64,000 nt of DNA from Terriglobia bacterium. Its GTDB lineage: Bacteria > Acidobacteriota > Terriglobia > 20CM-2-55-15. The position numbers and the translations under genes are program-made. Location: assembly GCA_963664115.2 (NCBI GenBank), contig CAXWPJ010000009.1, positions 896,001 through 960,000 on the forward strand, in the 5' to 3' direction. Below are positions 42,024 through 52,088 of the stretch, in pieces (position 1 is the stretch's first letter; the number at the start of each line of letters is the position of its first letter). The notes beneath the pieces are model-generated. The model was not told where the DNA came from and did not search any database. It worked only from the letters and a program-made list of their open reading frames with translations.

Positions 42024-43880
42024 CTAGACCCAAAACAAGCGCATAACCAGTCCGCCGAGGCCCAGTTCGCGCCGATAGAATTCGAGGCATAGAATCCCGT
42101 TCCCGGATGGCCTGTTCCAGGTATCGAGTTTCTGTTGAATCTGTTTCAGTTCAGCCTCGCTGGTGTTGGACGGTTGACAGAAACCGGGACCTCGATCGCC
42201 CGGGCTCAGAGTCATGATCGGGTCAACATCGCAGAGGCTGACGCAACACATCCACCCCGCGGAACAAGACCGGCAACCACCGGTTCCAGGCCAGGATCCG
42301 GAACAGAATGCGCCGCCCGGTGCGCACGAGTTGGCACGGCACAAGCATGAAAGCGTTCAAGAAGGTTTTGAACTCCATGCGCAGCACGGTTTGCTTCTCA
42401 GCCTGATATTTTTGGCCCCAACGTCCGGTTTCGGGAAGCAGCAATGCAAACCACGCTTTCAGTGTCCAGGCCAGTGACGCGATCACCATGTAGGCCCAGT
42501 TGCTGGTCTGATCTCCGACCGGCATCCGCAACGCCTGAACGCCGTTCTTCAACTGCTCAATGAGATTCTCCTGATTGCACCGTTGATTGGCACGCATCAC
42601 AATCTGGTCGGCCGGATCCGAACGGTTGGTAATGTAGAAGAAGTACCGGATGTCGTCAAACAACACCTGCTCTCCTTTGGCCACCGACAGATTCTTCCGC
42701 ACCACGACGACACGGTAGTCCCGATCGCAGGCTCCGGGTCGATACCGAAACTCGGCCACATCCTCACCCTGCAAGCGGATATTGTCGAAACCGCGCTGCC
42801 GAACGATCTCTTCCTTCACGTTGTCGGGACGTTGGCGCGGTTCGGTCGCCACGTCGTATTTCGCGGGCCGTTCCAGGCGCTTCCACTGGCGCGGCTCCAG
42901 TTCATCGGCCCGGGCCTTCAGGTTCGCCATCGCGTCAATCCCGAATATGAAACCCACCTGCTGGTCGTCCCATCCGTCCAGATGCCGGGTCTGGCTGAAG
43001 TCCGTGTCCCCGCGCAGCAGGATCTGGCGAAACCCCGCATGCCGGCACAATGCGATGGCTTGGTCGAACCGGACCGCGGCTCCTTCATGCGACGGCCGGT
43101 TGCCGCTACGATTGACCAGATACAGCGGTTCGGCGGTGTTGGCCAGCGAGATCATCAGCGGGTGATATCCCCACGTCCCGTCGTAGGCCACGTCCATCCC
43201 TTGCTTGCATTCCCCCGTGGTTTCGGCCAGTGTCCCGTCCGCGTCCAACACCGCTTCTTCGAAAAACGCCGCCGGTTGCTGTCGCCAGACTCCGAGCCGG
43301 ACTTGATTGGTTGCCTCCATCAGACACTCCACGTCGTCGGCCTCGAATCTTCGGCAGAAGTCTCCCGCCGTCGTCGGATCCGGAATCCGTTGCGCTCCCA
43401 GCGCATCCAGATACACCGCATCGTTGCGCCGCAGTTCGATGTCTTCCAGGCACGTTCCTCCGCTCAAGGCGTTGTAGGCGATGTTCAGCACGTGATCCGA
43501 CTCGTGATACGGCAGGTGCCGCTTCAACACATGCACGCCCTTGTCGATGGCTTCGATCAGCCCGGTCCGCCGCGCCACCCGTTGCATCGTCCCGATACCA
43601 CCAACCGATGTGCCCCGCGTCCGCTCTCCCATCTCGTACTGAATGTTGCTCGCCGAAAACATCGGCTCTACCTGATCCGTCCAATGCCGGTCCCCAAGCC
43701 GACGTTCGATTCGCCGCTTGCGGTTCCTCATGTTCTTGCGCGTATAATCGTTCATCTGAAATGCCTCCTTTTCCGAAGAATCTGTTCAAGGTTTTTTTCG
43801 CACGGAGAGGGGGCATTTCGGGTACTTCCGCTCTTATTGCACTATCATTTCCTCGTCAATCACGCTTGTTCAGGGCCTAG
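42024..43880 (-). mobile_element. IS1380-family element, copy 3
   Basis: 6-bp duplication CCTAGA. Confidence 0.9.
42223..43755 (-). CDS. IS1380-family transposase
   Basis: One substitution (L to R) relative to the other copies. Confidence 0.9.
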   Translation of the reverse strand: MNDYTRKNMRNRKRRIERRLGDRHWTDQVEPMFSASNIQYEMGERTRGTSVGGIGTMQRVARRTGLIEAIDKGVHVLKRHLPYHESDHVLNIAYNALSGGTCLEDIELRRNDAVYLDALGAQRIPDPTTAGDFCRRFEADDVECLMEATNQVRLGVWRQQPAAFFEEAVLDADGTLAETTGECKQGMDVAYDGTWGYHPLMISLANTAEPLYLVNRSGNRPSHEGAAVRFDQAIALCRHAGFRQILLRGDTDFSQTRHLDGWDDQQVGFIFGIDAMANLKARADELEPRQWKRLERPAKYDVATEPRQRPDNVKEEIVRQRGFDNIRLQGEDVAEFRYRPGACDRDYRVVVVRKNLSVAKGEQVLFDDIRYFFYITNRSDPADQIVMRANQRCNQENLIEQLKNGVQALRMPVGDQTSNWAYMVIASLAWTLKAWFALLLPETGRWGQKYQAEKQTVLRMEFKTFLNAFMLVPCQLVRTGRRILFRILAWNRWLPVLFRGVDVLRQPLRC

Positions 43881-43960
43881 ACTGGGGGTTGTTGAGAGAA
43901 GACTCACTCAACAACCTGATCAACGTATACAGCGTTGATCCCAGAAAAGGAGCGTTCGAG

Positions 43961-45025
43961 ATGAAACAAGACAAGTATATGGGTATGGATGTGCACCAGG
44001 CAACGACGGTGGTTGCGGTGAGAGACGGGAGCGGCAAACTGGTGTTTGAAACGATCGTGGAAACCGAGGCGGGGAGTATCACACGGCTGCTGGAGGGATT
44101 GAGTGGGCCGATGCACGTGGGGTTGGAGGAGACCACGCAAGCGGGCTGGTTATCGGAAGTGATCCGGCCGTGGGTGAGCGAGGTGGTGGTGTGCGATCCG
44201 CGACAGAACAAGTGGATGCAAGAAGGGTCGAAGGGGGATAAGCCGGATGCGCGGAAGCTGGCCGAGCTGTTGCGGGTGGGACTGTTGCGCTCGGTGTATC
44301 ACGGCCATGAAGCGACGCGAGAATTGAAGCAACTGGTGCAGGCCTATGACACGTTCCAGTTGGACACGCAACGGGTGATGTCGCGGATCAAAGCGATATA
44401 CCGGGGACGGGGGATCCCGACACCGAAGGACGGAGTCTATCGGCCGAGTCAGCGCGAACAGTGGTTGGAGAAGCTGACCGAGCCGGGGATGAGGCAGCGC
44501 GCCCGATGGTTGTATGCGGAACTGGACCAGGTCCAGTTGCTGCGGAAACAATCCAGAAAAGCGGTGCGAGTGGAGGGCCGGCACCATGAGGCGGTGAAAC
44601 TGCTCGAGACCATTCCACAACTGGGACCGGTTCGGGCGGCACAGATCGTCGCCATCGTGGACACGCCGTACCGATTCCGCACGACACCGCAGTTCTGGAG
44701 CTACAGTGGCCTGGGTGTGGTGACCCACATGAGCGCGGAGTATGAGATGCAGAGTGGACGTGTGGTGCGACGGAGGAAACCGGTGGCCACACGCGGATTG
44801 AATGCGAACTGCAACCGGCGATTGAAGTCGGTGTTCTTCTCAGCCGCGGCATCGGGAAAACAAAGCGAGCCGTATCGGATTTATCTGGAGAGTCTCCAGA
44901 TGCGTGGGATGCGGGAGGAAATGGCGCGGGTCACTCTGGCCCGTAAGATCGCCGCACTGGTGCTGACGCTTTGGAAGAAAGGAGAATCGTTCGATCCAAA
45001 GAAACTGAGCTGGATGACAACATAA
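43961..45025 (+). CDS. IS110-family DEDD recombinase
   Basis: GMDVH / GLEE / KGDKPDA DEDD motifs, IPQLG HhH, HMSA putative catalytic Ser, ARKI; SD AAAGGAG. Confidence 0.9.
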   Translation: MKQDKYMGMDVHQATTVVAVRDGSGKLVFETIVETEAGSITRLLEGLSGPMHVGLEETTQAGWLSEVIRPWVSEVVVCDPRQNKWMQEGSKGDKPDARKLAELLRVGLLRSVYHGHEATRELKQLVQAYDTFQLDTQRVMSRIKAIYRGRGIPTPKDGVYRPSQREQWLEKLTEPGMRQRARWLYAELDQVQLLRKQSRKAVRVEGRHHEAVKLLETIPQLGPVRAAQIVAIVDTPYRFRTTPQFWSYSGLGVVTHMSAEYEMQSGRVVRRRKPVATRGLNANCNRRLKSVFFSAAASGKQSEPYRIYLESLQMRGMREEMARVTLARKIAALVLTLWKKGESFDPKKLSWMTT

Positions 45026-45089
45026 GCCGTTTCGATCCGTGACCGGTAGAGCCGTACTGAGTCGTTAGACGGAGTCGGAACAACTGAGG

Positions 45090-45220
45090 ATCGAGGGTGA
45101 GGATCTGCACAAGATGTGGTCCCTGGATACGTCCAGAGGACACTTTTAAATCTCTATCCCCCCTCGCACGACCTGAAACAGCGATAGCCTTCGAGGCTCA
45201 GATAGATCCATGGTCGGCAC
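45090..45220 (+). ncRNA. Putative bridge/seek RNA core (target- and donor-binding loops)
   Basis: Two stem/internal-loop/hairpin modules carrying ACAAGATG+TTAAATC and ACAGCGAT+ATAGATC, which match the target and donor junctions. Confidence 0.7.
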
Positions 45221-45395
45221 ATGCCGTCCCATATGCTGTTCAGTTTCTGAATCGACCGTCTTAAAGATGTACGATTTCGCTCCGGATTGCCGGAACCAGG
45301 GCTTCACATAACGGTAGAGGGGCTGGCTGTCACGACAAAAGTGTCCGTCTGGCCGGCCATCGGGGAGCTGTTTCTCTTGACATCCCCTTTCATAG

Positions 45396-45418
45396 ATCAT
45401 CTTGTCGGACCTTGAGAT
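45396..45418 (+). repeat. Right half of the IS110-split 40-bp site
   Basis: ATCATC-TTGTCGGACCTTGAGAT. Confidence 0.85.
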
Positions 45419-45521
45419 TCCCACCGTCGGAAAGACACGCGCCATTGCATCCCCTAATTCGTCCATTTCCAGTGTTTAACTGGTTCGCCGATCAGATAGA
45501 TGCTTTCGGATCAATTCCGCA

Positions 45522-46250
45522 ATGCCATTAGGAGAACTTCCATATGACCGACTTGAGCCTCTCGTTCGCCACTATCTTTCAACGGAGGAGGACGAATCGA
45601 CAGCCGAACTGATTCAGCGAATGCGAGCTGCCAAGAGACGTGGTTGGCTCACGCGGTCGGAACTCGAGGCAGTATGCTATTGGAAATCGCCAAGGGTAAT
45701 CGGGCATATTCGGGCGAACACGCCGGGGCAGATCCGCTCCGCCACTAGGGTCGCTCTTCGCACTCGAAGTGAACGCCTCCGACTTGAAAACCTCACCCAA
45801 CTAAAAGGCGTGTCGGTTCCCATGGCCTCAGCGGTCCTCATGCTGCTAAATCCTAAACGCTACGGTGTGATCGACATCAGAGTTTGGCAGTTGCTGCACG
45901 AATTGGGAACAATCAAACAGAACGCATCAGGTGTCGGCTTTGGGTTCAACAACTGGTACCAATATCTGATGATAATTCGATATCTCGCAAAGAAACTTAA
46001 CGTCACGGCACGGAATATCGAACGGGCACTCTTCCTGGCACACCAAGGAGAATCAACAGGGCCGGTTATACAAGTAGATCACCTGTTCGACGAGGTGAAC
46101 CACAGCCTATTGAGTCGTCGAATCTGGAACGAAAAAGAGAGGTCAAGTCCTGACAAATCATCTTCTCGGACGTTGAGATTTCATTGCCTGCTATCCCACT
46201 CCTTCTATAGACTGCCCCTAGTATTACTATGTTATGTAGAATCGAAGTAA
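45522..46250 (+). CDS. Hypothetical protein with an HhH-like motif; 3' end uncertain
   Basis: LKGVSVPMASAVL..P.RYGVIDIRVW; ORF reads through a 40-bp site and an IS end, so the native stop is probably lost. Confidence 0.6.
   Translation: MPLGELPYDRLEPLVRHYLSTEEDESTAELIQRMRAAKRRGWLTRSELEAVCYWKSPRVIGHIRANTPGQIRSATRVALRTRSERLRLENLTQLKGVSVPMASAVLMLLNPKRYGVIDIRVWQLLHELGTIKQNASGVGFGFNNWYQYLMIIRYLAKKLNVTARNIERALFLAHQGESTGPVIQVDHLFDEVNHSLLSRRIWNEKERSSPDKSSSRTLRFHCLLSHSFYRLPLVLLCYVESK
46140..46179 (+). repeat. 40-bp site, forward
   Basis: AGGTCAAGTCCTGACAA-ATCATC-TTCTCGGACGTTGAGAT. Confidence 0.92.
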
Positions 46251-47594
46251 AGTTTCCTGAATTTACTGCCGCAACACGTGCAGGAGCCTGTCGACCTCAC
46301 CAGCCAGGGCCGGATCACCCGGAGAATCCGTTCCCAGGTGACACCAGAAGTTTTTTTTGGTGCGCAGGTAAACGGTGAGAATGAACAAGTAGGCAATGGC
46401 GGCCAACACCAGATGGTGGTGAAAGCCTCGCCAGGAACGACCTTCGAAGTGATCCAGGCCTAAATCATCCTTTGAGCGCTGGAAGTATTGCTCGATCTGC
46501 CAACGTGAGCGACTCAATTTGAGACATCGGGCTCGTCTGGGCGCTGTGTGGAAGTGCGCGAGATAGTAATGGTATGGCTCCGCATCGCCAGCCGGCCAGT
46601 CCACCACTAACCAGATCTGTTCGATGGATCCGTTCTGATGACGGAGGTTGTGCTGCAGGAACACTTCAAGCCATGCGATGCGTGTGGTACGGGTTTGACC
46701 GCCGGCTGTGGTCCAGGAGCAATCCTTCCATTGTTTGGAAGAGAGACTGGCCGCCAGCTGCTTTAACGTTTGTGACGGCGGCGTCCCCGGCACGACATGG
46801 CGCCGTTTCTGTTTCATGACCGTCTGAACTTCATGATCCCAGCCTTTGTGCTTGCCCGGATCCACCTGCAGAAAGAACTCCAGATTCAGATCGCGGAGGC
46901 GCTTGCGAAACCGCGCGTTGTCTCCGTAGACGGCGTCTGCCAGAACCGGAGCCGCCGGAATCCCATCCCGCAGAAGATGCTCCATCAGTTCCACCGCGAT
47001 CATGGGCTTCGTGGCGAAGGGGATGTCTTCGGGGACCCCCACCTGGTGACACCGTGCGCGATCACCGGCCCAGATTTCCGGCAGGTAGAGGCGACCGGCT
47101 ACAGGCGCCGCGATCCACCCGTCGCTGACCGCCACCTCCACACTCACCTGGCAGTTGGCTTTTTTACCCACTGCACCACAATACTGACGCGCCACGCCAA
47201 CCGAGTGCCGACCCTGTTTCAGCCAGCCGGTTTCGTCCACGATCCATGCTTCGATCGGTTCCAGGCTTGGAATCACTTCGCGACGTATGGCCGTCCACAT
47301 CGCCTCGTCACTCCATGGACTATCGGTGACGAACTGCTGCAGGCTTTGCGAATTCACCCCCAGCCGCTCCGCCATGGGTTCGATCGACTTGCGTTGGCCC
47401 GGGATCAGCAGGCCTTCGATATATCGTGTCGCCGCAACGCGCCGCTCTGTCCGTCCTACCGTCGCCGTCAGCGAGGTCATAAACCCGGTGAATTCCCTGA
47501 CGCTGTTCTTCCAGATCTTCTGATTCCATTCCATGACCACATCGTAATTCACAAGTCACGGAATCACAAGATTTACTTAACATAGTAATACTAG
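46218..47594 (-). mobile_element. IS701-family element
   Basis: IRs CTAGTATTACTATGTTA / TAACATAGTAATACTAG. Confidence 0.9.
46263..47552 (-). CDS. IS701-family transposase
   Basis: VDETGWLKQG.HSVGVARQYCG..GK..NCQ, RWQIE, GLDHFEGRSW. Confidence 0.92.
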   Translation of the reverse strand: MNYDVVMEWNQKIWKNSVREFTGFMTSLTATVGRTERRVAATRYIEGLLIPGQRKSIEPMAERLGVNSQSLQQFVTDSPWSDEAMWTAIRREVIPSLEPIEAWIVDETGWLKQGRHSVGVARQYCGAVGKKANCQVSVEVAVSDGWIAAPVAGRLYLPEIWAGDRARCHQVGVPEDIPFATKPMIAVELMEHLLRDGIPAAPVLADAVYGDNARFRKRLRDLNLEFFLQVDPGKHKGWDHEVQTVMKQKRRHVVPGTPPSQTLKQLAASLSSKQWKDCSWTTAGGQTRTTRIAWLEVFLQHNLRHQNGSIEQIWLVVDWPAGDAEPYHYYLAHFHTAPRRARCLKLSRSRWQIEQYFQRSKDDLGLDHFEGRSWRGFHHHLVLAAIAYLFILTVYLRTKKNFWCHLGTDSPGDPALAGEVDRLLHVLRQ

Positions 47595-49136
47595 GAGCCT
47601 GCGCGGCAGAAGGACCGAAATTGGGCGGATAAAGATCGAAGATAGGTCATGGCACGAACCTATCGGACTTATCGCCCAGAACAAACACTGCTGATACCAC
47701 CGTCGTTGAGAGATTGGTTGGCCGAAGATCACCTGTCGTACTTCATATCGGACGTGGTGGACGCGATGGATTTGAGCGCGTTCGAACAGCGGTATGGAAC
47801 CGACGGTCCGGGCAATCAGGCGTTTGATCCGCGGATGATGGTGAAGGTGTTGATTTATGGGTACGCGACCGGAGTGTTCTCGTCCAGGAAGATCGCGGCG
47901 AAGTTGACCGACGACGTGGCGTTCCGGATGTTGGGAGCGGAGAACTTTCCGGCGCACCGAACGATCTCGGATTTTCGCAAACTGCATCTTGAGGAGTTCG
48001 GAAACCTGTTTGTGCAAGTGGTGATGATGGCGCGGGAAGCGGGACTGGTGAAGATGGGAACCGTGGCGGTGGACGGGACCAAGATGCGGGCGAATGCAAG
48101 CAAACGCAAAGCGATGAGCTATGAACGGATGAAGAAGCAGGAGACCGAATTGGGTGAACAGATTCGGGATCTGTTGAACCGGGCCGAGGCGACCGATGAG
48201 GACGAAGACCAGCGATACGGCAAGGACCGGCGCGGAGACGAACTGCCCGAGGGGTTGTCGACCCGCAAGAAGCGATTGGCCACGATACAGGCGGCCATGA
48301 AGCGGCTCGAAGAACGTCAGATGGCCGCGGACAAGGAAGCGGGACGGAACACCAAAGATCACAAACCCGGATGCGGAAAGAAGCCATTCAAACGTCCCAT
48401 GGGGGAACCTAAACCTACGGCCCAGGACAACTTCACCGACCCGGAAAGCCGGATCATGAAGACCTCCACCGAAGGGTTCCAGCAATGCTACAACGCGCAA
48501 GCGGTGGTGGATTTCCAGGCCCGGATCATCGTGGCAACAACGGTGACTGACAATGCATCGGATGTGGGGCAGTTGGAACCCACGCTGGATGCGTTGAGCG
48601 ACAATCTGGGGGAGCGTCCCGACCGCGTACTGGCCGATGCGGGATATCGATCCGAGTCAAATCTGGGGATGTTGGAACAACGTCAGATTGACGGGTATGT
48701 GGCGATGGGTCGCGAGAAGGATCTCGCCCGTGCCCCACTCCCACCCAAAGACACCGCTGTTGGTCGGATGATGAGAAAGATGAAAACCAAGCGTGGGCGT
48801 GACCGCTACCGGGCCCGAAAGCACATTGGTGAGCCGCCCTTCGGGTGGATCAAGTCGCTGCTCGGATTCCGACAGTTCAGTCTACGCGGTTTGGACAACG
48901 TGACCGGGGAGTGGAATCTGGTCACTCTGGCGGTGAACTTACGACGGATGAATGGGAAGATCGAATGGGCATAATCCGGAAAACCGCAACCCGGCAGACC
49001 CGATACACGGCCAATTGGGGGGTGTCCGTACAACTCTGAATTCGTCGTATCGGAAGAATCGGTCGGTTCTCCTCCGAAGACCCTCTCAAATCCCAATCAA
49101 TCCGAGTTCTTTGCGCTCTGCCGCGCAGACTCCTAG
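47591..49136 (+). mobile_element. IS1182-family element
   Basis: IRs CTAGGAGCCTGCGCGGCAGA / TCTGCCGCGCAGACTCCTAG; shares a CTAG with IS701. Confidence 0.88.
47649..48974 (+). CDS. IS1182-family transposase
   Basis: SSRKI, VDGTK.RANAS, TDPESRIMK, ADAGY, EPPFGWIK. Confidence 0.9.
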   Translation: MARTYRTYRPEQTLLIPPSLRDWLAEDHLSYFISDVVDAMDLSAFEQRYGTDGPGNQAFDPRMMVKVLIYGYATGVFSSRKIAAKLTDDVAFRMLGAENFPAHRTISDFRKLHLEEFGNLFVQVVMMAREAGLVKMGTVAVDGTKMRANASKRKAMSYERMKKQETELGEQIRDLLNRAEATDEDEDQRYGKDRRGDELPEGLSTRKKRLATIQAAMKRLEERQMAADKEAGRNTKDHKPGCGKKPFKRPMGEPKPTAQDNFTDPESRIMKTSTEGFQQCYNAQAVVDFQARIIVATTVTDNASDVGQLEPTLDALSDNLGERPDRVLADAGYRSESNLGMLEQRQIDGYVAMGREKDLARAPLPPKDTAVGRMMRKMKTKRGRDRYRARKHIGEPPFGWIKSLLGFRQFSLRGLDNVTGEWNLVTLAVNLRRMNGKIEWA

Positions 49137-49168
49137 CCTTCTAAACACTGTTCTGGCAACCCGTAATT

Positions 49169-51820
49169 ATGGAATCTGGCACCAAACTCGGCCATTACGA
49201 GATCTCAACGCTCTTGGGTAAGGGTGGAATGGGCGAAGTGTGGCGTGCCAAGGACACGAAGCTCGGGCGTGAAGTTGCTATCAAGACGCTGCCTGAAGAG
49301 TTTGCCAAAGATGCAGATCGTCTCGCACGTTTTGAACGTGAAGCTAGATTACTGGCCTCTCTAAATCATCCCCACATTGCAGCGATTCATGGTTTCGAGG
49401 AAGACAACGGCACTCCCTTTCTGGTCCTCGAACTCGTCGAAGGTGACACGCTCGCTGATCGGTTGAAACGTGGAGCCATCCCTGTAGAAGAAACTCTGAA
49501 ACTAGCCTTACAGATCGCTGAAGCCCTGGAAGCAGCACACGAGAAGGGTGTGATTCATCGTGATTTGAAACCGGCGAACATTAAAGTGACTCCCGACGGG
49601 AAAGTGAAGGTACTCGACTTTGGATTGGCAAAGGCATTCGCTGGCGACACCGATATAGACATTTCCAAGTCACCTACCCTGAGCATGCAGGCCACGCAAC
49701 AAGGAATCATTCTAGGTACTGCAGCATACATGTCACCGGAGCAGGCAAAGGGGCATAGCGTGGATAAACGCGCCGACGTGTGGGCGTTCGGATGCGTCCT
49801 GTACGAAATGCTGACGGGCCGTCGGGCGTTCGGAGGTGAAGAAGTTTCGGAAATACTTGCATCTGTACTTGCCCGAGACCCCGACTACACGAAGTTGCAG
49901 CCCAACCTCCATCCAAGACTGAGAGAGGTTCTGGAGAGGTGCCTGGAGAGGGATTTAAGGAAAAGATTCCAAGGCATCGGTGACGTGATTGTAGATATCG
50001 ATAAAGTGATTGCCAGTTCGGAAGGCGGTATCGTTTCATCCCGCGACATCGTCCCGACTTCACGATCCAAACTGGCCTGGGCTTTTGTGGCCGTTCCTTT
50101 AGTGATTGCTGGAACTCTTGCGTTTAACTTGAGCCGAGCTGTAGGTGTCTCGGCTCCGCCTGCGGTGATCCGTTCTTCGATCACCCTGTCACTTGACGAT
50201 AGTCTCAACTTGAACGGAAATCTAGCCTTCTCTCCGGACGGTAGCATGCTCGCTTTTAATCGTGTGCGCGATGGAAGCTCACAGATATGCGTCCGTGACA
50301 TGGACAATTGGGCAATCCGTTGTATCCCAGGCACAGAGGCCGCGACTCATTTTTTCTTCTCTCCAGACAGTCAGCAGATTGGTTACAGCGGAGGCGGCGC
50401 CTTAAGAGCTGTATCGGTGACTGGGGAATCGCCGATCGTACTTGCGGATTCGGCGGGATTGGGTGGAAGTTGGGGTAAAGATGGAAGCATCGTCTTCAAT
50501 TCGGGCTACAACCAGGGACTTTCTCGCATTGGAGCCGACGGGGGGCCAGTTACGGAATTGACTGTGCCGGACCCTGCGAATGACGAGCTGGGCCATTTCT
50601 ATCCTCAGTTGCTGGACGATGGGAACACGGTCATTTTTACGGTGTTTTCTCCGCTTCTGGAAAGGGCCTATGTTGCCGCACTCCGTTTGAGCGATGGGGA
50701 AATCCGGCCGTTGATTGCTAACGCTGTTTCTGGCCGCTATATTTCGAGCGGACATCTTCTGTTCGTGCGCTCGAACAACCTGATGGCCGTGCCCCTGGAC
50801 CTGTCCCGACTGGAAGTGAACGGCACACCCGTTGCGGTCGTCGATGATATGCCCCTGGATCCCGCTGAAGGAGACTCCGCGTTTGCAGTGTCTGGCGACG
50901 GTGCACTGGCCTATGTGCCGGAATCGGTGCTGAACCCGGAGCTGCAACTGGCCTGGATCGACCCTCAGGGAGACGAGGAGCTGCTTTCGGGAATCCGTGG
51001 TCCGTTTGGAAGTATCGCCTTGTCACCTGACGGTGAGAGGGTGGCGTTGACGAGGTTCCAGGCTAACCCGGATATCTGGCTCTATGAACTGGGGACCGGC
51101 AGAGGTATTCGCTTTACGTTCGGCGACGCAGGCGAAGGTAGTCCTGTGTGGATGCCGGATTCCAGCCGAATCGCGTTCTTCAGCGACCGGCCACCCTATG
51201 ATTTGTATTGGCAGCCGACGGATCGCAGCGATAGCGAGGCGGAACTGCGGTCGAGTCCTTACGACAAGGTCCCCACATCTGTTTCGCCCGACGGCACCCT
51301 GCTTGTGTTCCACGAGAATCGTGTCGACACAACCGGAGAAGACATCTGGTTGTTGCCGGTCAATGGTGACGAAGATCCACGCGTTTTTCTTCAGACCGAA
51401 TTCCACGAGTACGATGGGGTAGTGTCGCCGAACGGGGAGTGGATCGCCTACGTGTCCGACGAGTCCGGACAGGCAGAAGTTTATGTTCAGGCGTTTCCGC
51501 AGGGAGGTGACCAGCGGTCGGTTTCTAGCCAAGGAGGAGAGGAACCACGCTGGTCTCGAGACGGACGGACGCTGTATTACGTTTCTGGACAGTCGCTGAT
51601 GGCGGTGGAGGCCGAGCCGGGTCCGCCCATGAGGGTCGGCGAAGAAAGCGAATTGTTTGGAATTGAGACAGTCCGCCCAGCCAGGGATGGGACGCGCTAC
51701 GGCGTGGACGCAGAGGGACGCTTCCTGATAGTGAAATACCCGGCGGAATCTCAACCACGGGAAATCCGCCTCGTCCTGAACTGGTTTGAAGAACTGAAGC
51801 AACGAGTGCCGCTGCCTTGA
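49169..51820 (+). CDS. Hanks-type Ser/Thr kinase with TM helix and PD40/TolB-like beta-propeller
   Basis: GKGGMG, VAIK, HRDLKPAN, DFG, YMSPE; SPDG repeats; ends VLNWFEELKQRVPLP*. Confidence 0.95.
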   Translation: MESGTKLGHYEISTLLGKGGMGEVWRAKDTKLGREVAIKTLPEEFAKDADRLARFEREARLLASLNHPHIAAIHGFEEDNGTPFLVLELVEGDTLADRLKRGAIPVEETLKLALQIAEALEAAHEKGVIHRDLKPANIKVTPDGKVKVLDFGLAKAFAGDTDIDISKSPTLSMQATQQGIILGTAAYMSPEQAKGHSVDKRADVWAFGCVLYEMLTGRRAFGGEEVSEILASVLARDPDYTKLQPNLHPRLREVLERCLERDLRKRFQGIGDVIVDIDKVIASSEGGIVSSRDIVPTSRSKLAWAFVAVPLVIAGTLAFNLSRAVGVSAPPAVIRSSITLSLDDSLNLNGNLAFSPDGSMLAFNRVRDGSSQICVRDMDNWAIRCIPGTEAATHFFFSPDSQQIGYSGGGALRAVSVTGESPIVLADSAGLGGSWGKDGSIVFNSGYNQGLSRIGADGGPVTELTVPDPANDELGHFYPQLLDDGNTVIFTVFSPLLERAYVAALRLSDGEIRPLIANAVSGRYISSGHLLFVRSNNLMAVPLDLSRLEVNGTPVAVVDDMPLDPAEGDSAFAVSGDGALAYVPESVLNPELQLAWIDPQGDEELLSGIRGPFGSIALSPDGERVALTRFQANPDIWLYELGTGRGIRFTFGDAGEGSPVWMPDSSRIAFFSDRPPYDLYWQPTDRSDSEAELRSSPYDKVPTSVSPDGTLLVFHENRVDTTGEDIWLLPVNGDEDPRVFLQTEFHEYDGVVSPNGEWIAYVSDESGQAEVYVQAFPQGGDQRSVSSQGGEEPRWSRDGRTLYYVSGQSLMAVEAEPGPPMRVGEESELFGIETVRPARDGTRYGVDAEGRFLIVKYPAESQPREIRLVLNWFEELKQRVPLP

Positions 51821-51823
51821 TTT

Positions 51824-51849
51824 CAAATCATCTTGTCGGACGTTGAGAA
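51824..51849 (+). repeat. 40-bp site lacking most of its left arm
   Basis: CAA-ATCATC-TTGTCGGACGTTGAGAA right after the kinase stop. Confidence 0.85.
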
Positions 51850-52088
51850 TTCGTACTTCACAAGACGGCTACATCGGGCGCACTCAGCGCAGCGGCCTAT
51901 TTTGTGGCGATCCTCTTTCTTTAGAGCTGGTTAAGGCCTTGGACACCTTGTAGGAGGTCATCGGGTCTAGAAGCCCCCCTTTTTTCTCCCTGGCATTTGA
52001 ATTTGACAGTCCTACGACCCGACCGGATGCTGGTAAACAGACGGTAGGATACGTCGCTCTTTTCGATTGTAAGGAGGCCGACGTGGAC

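Larger units (their letters stand above)
42005..45395 (+). mobile_element. IS110-family (IS1111-type) element, with IS1380 nested in its left end
   Basis: Sub-terminal IRs TATGAAAGG (42009-17) / CCTTTCATA (45386-94), ATC at both junctions, long 3' non-coding end. Confidence 0.8.
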
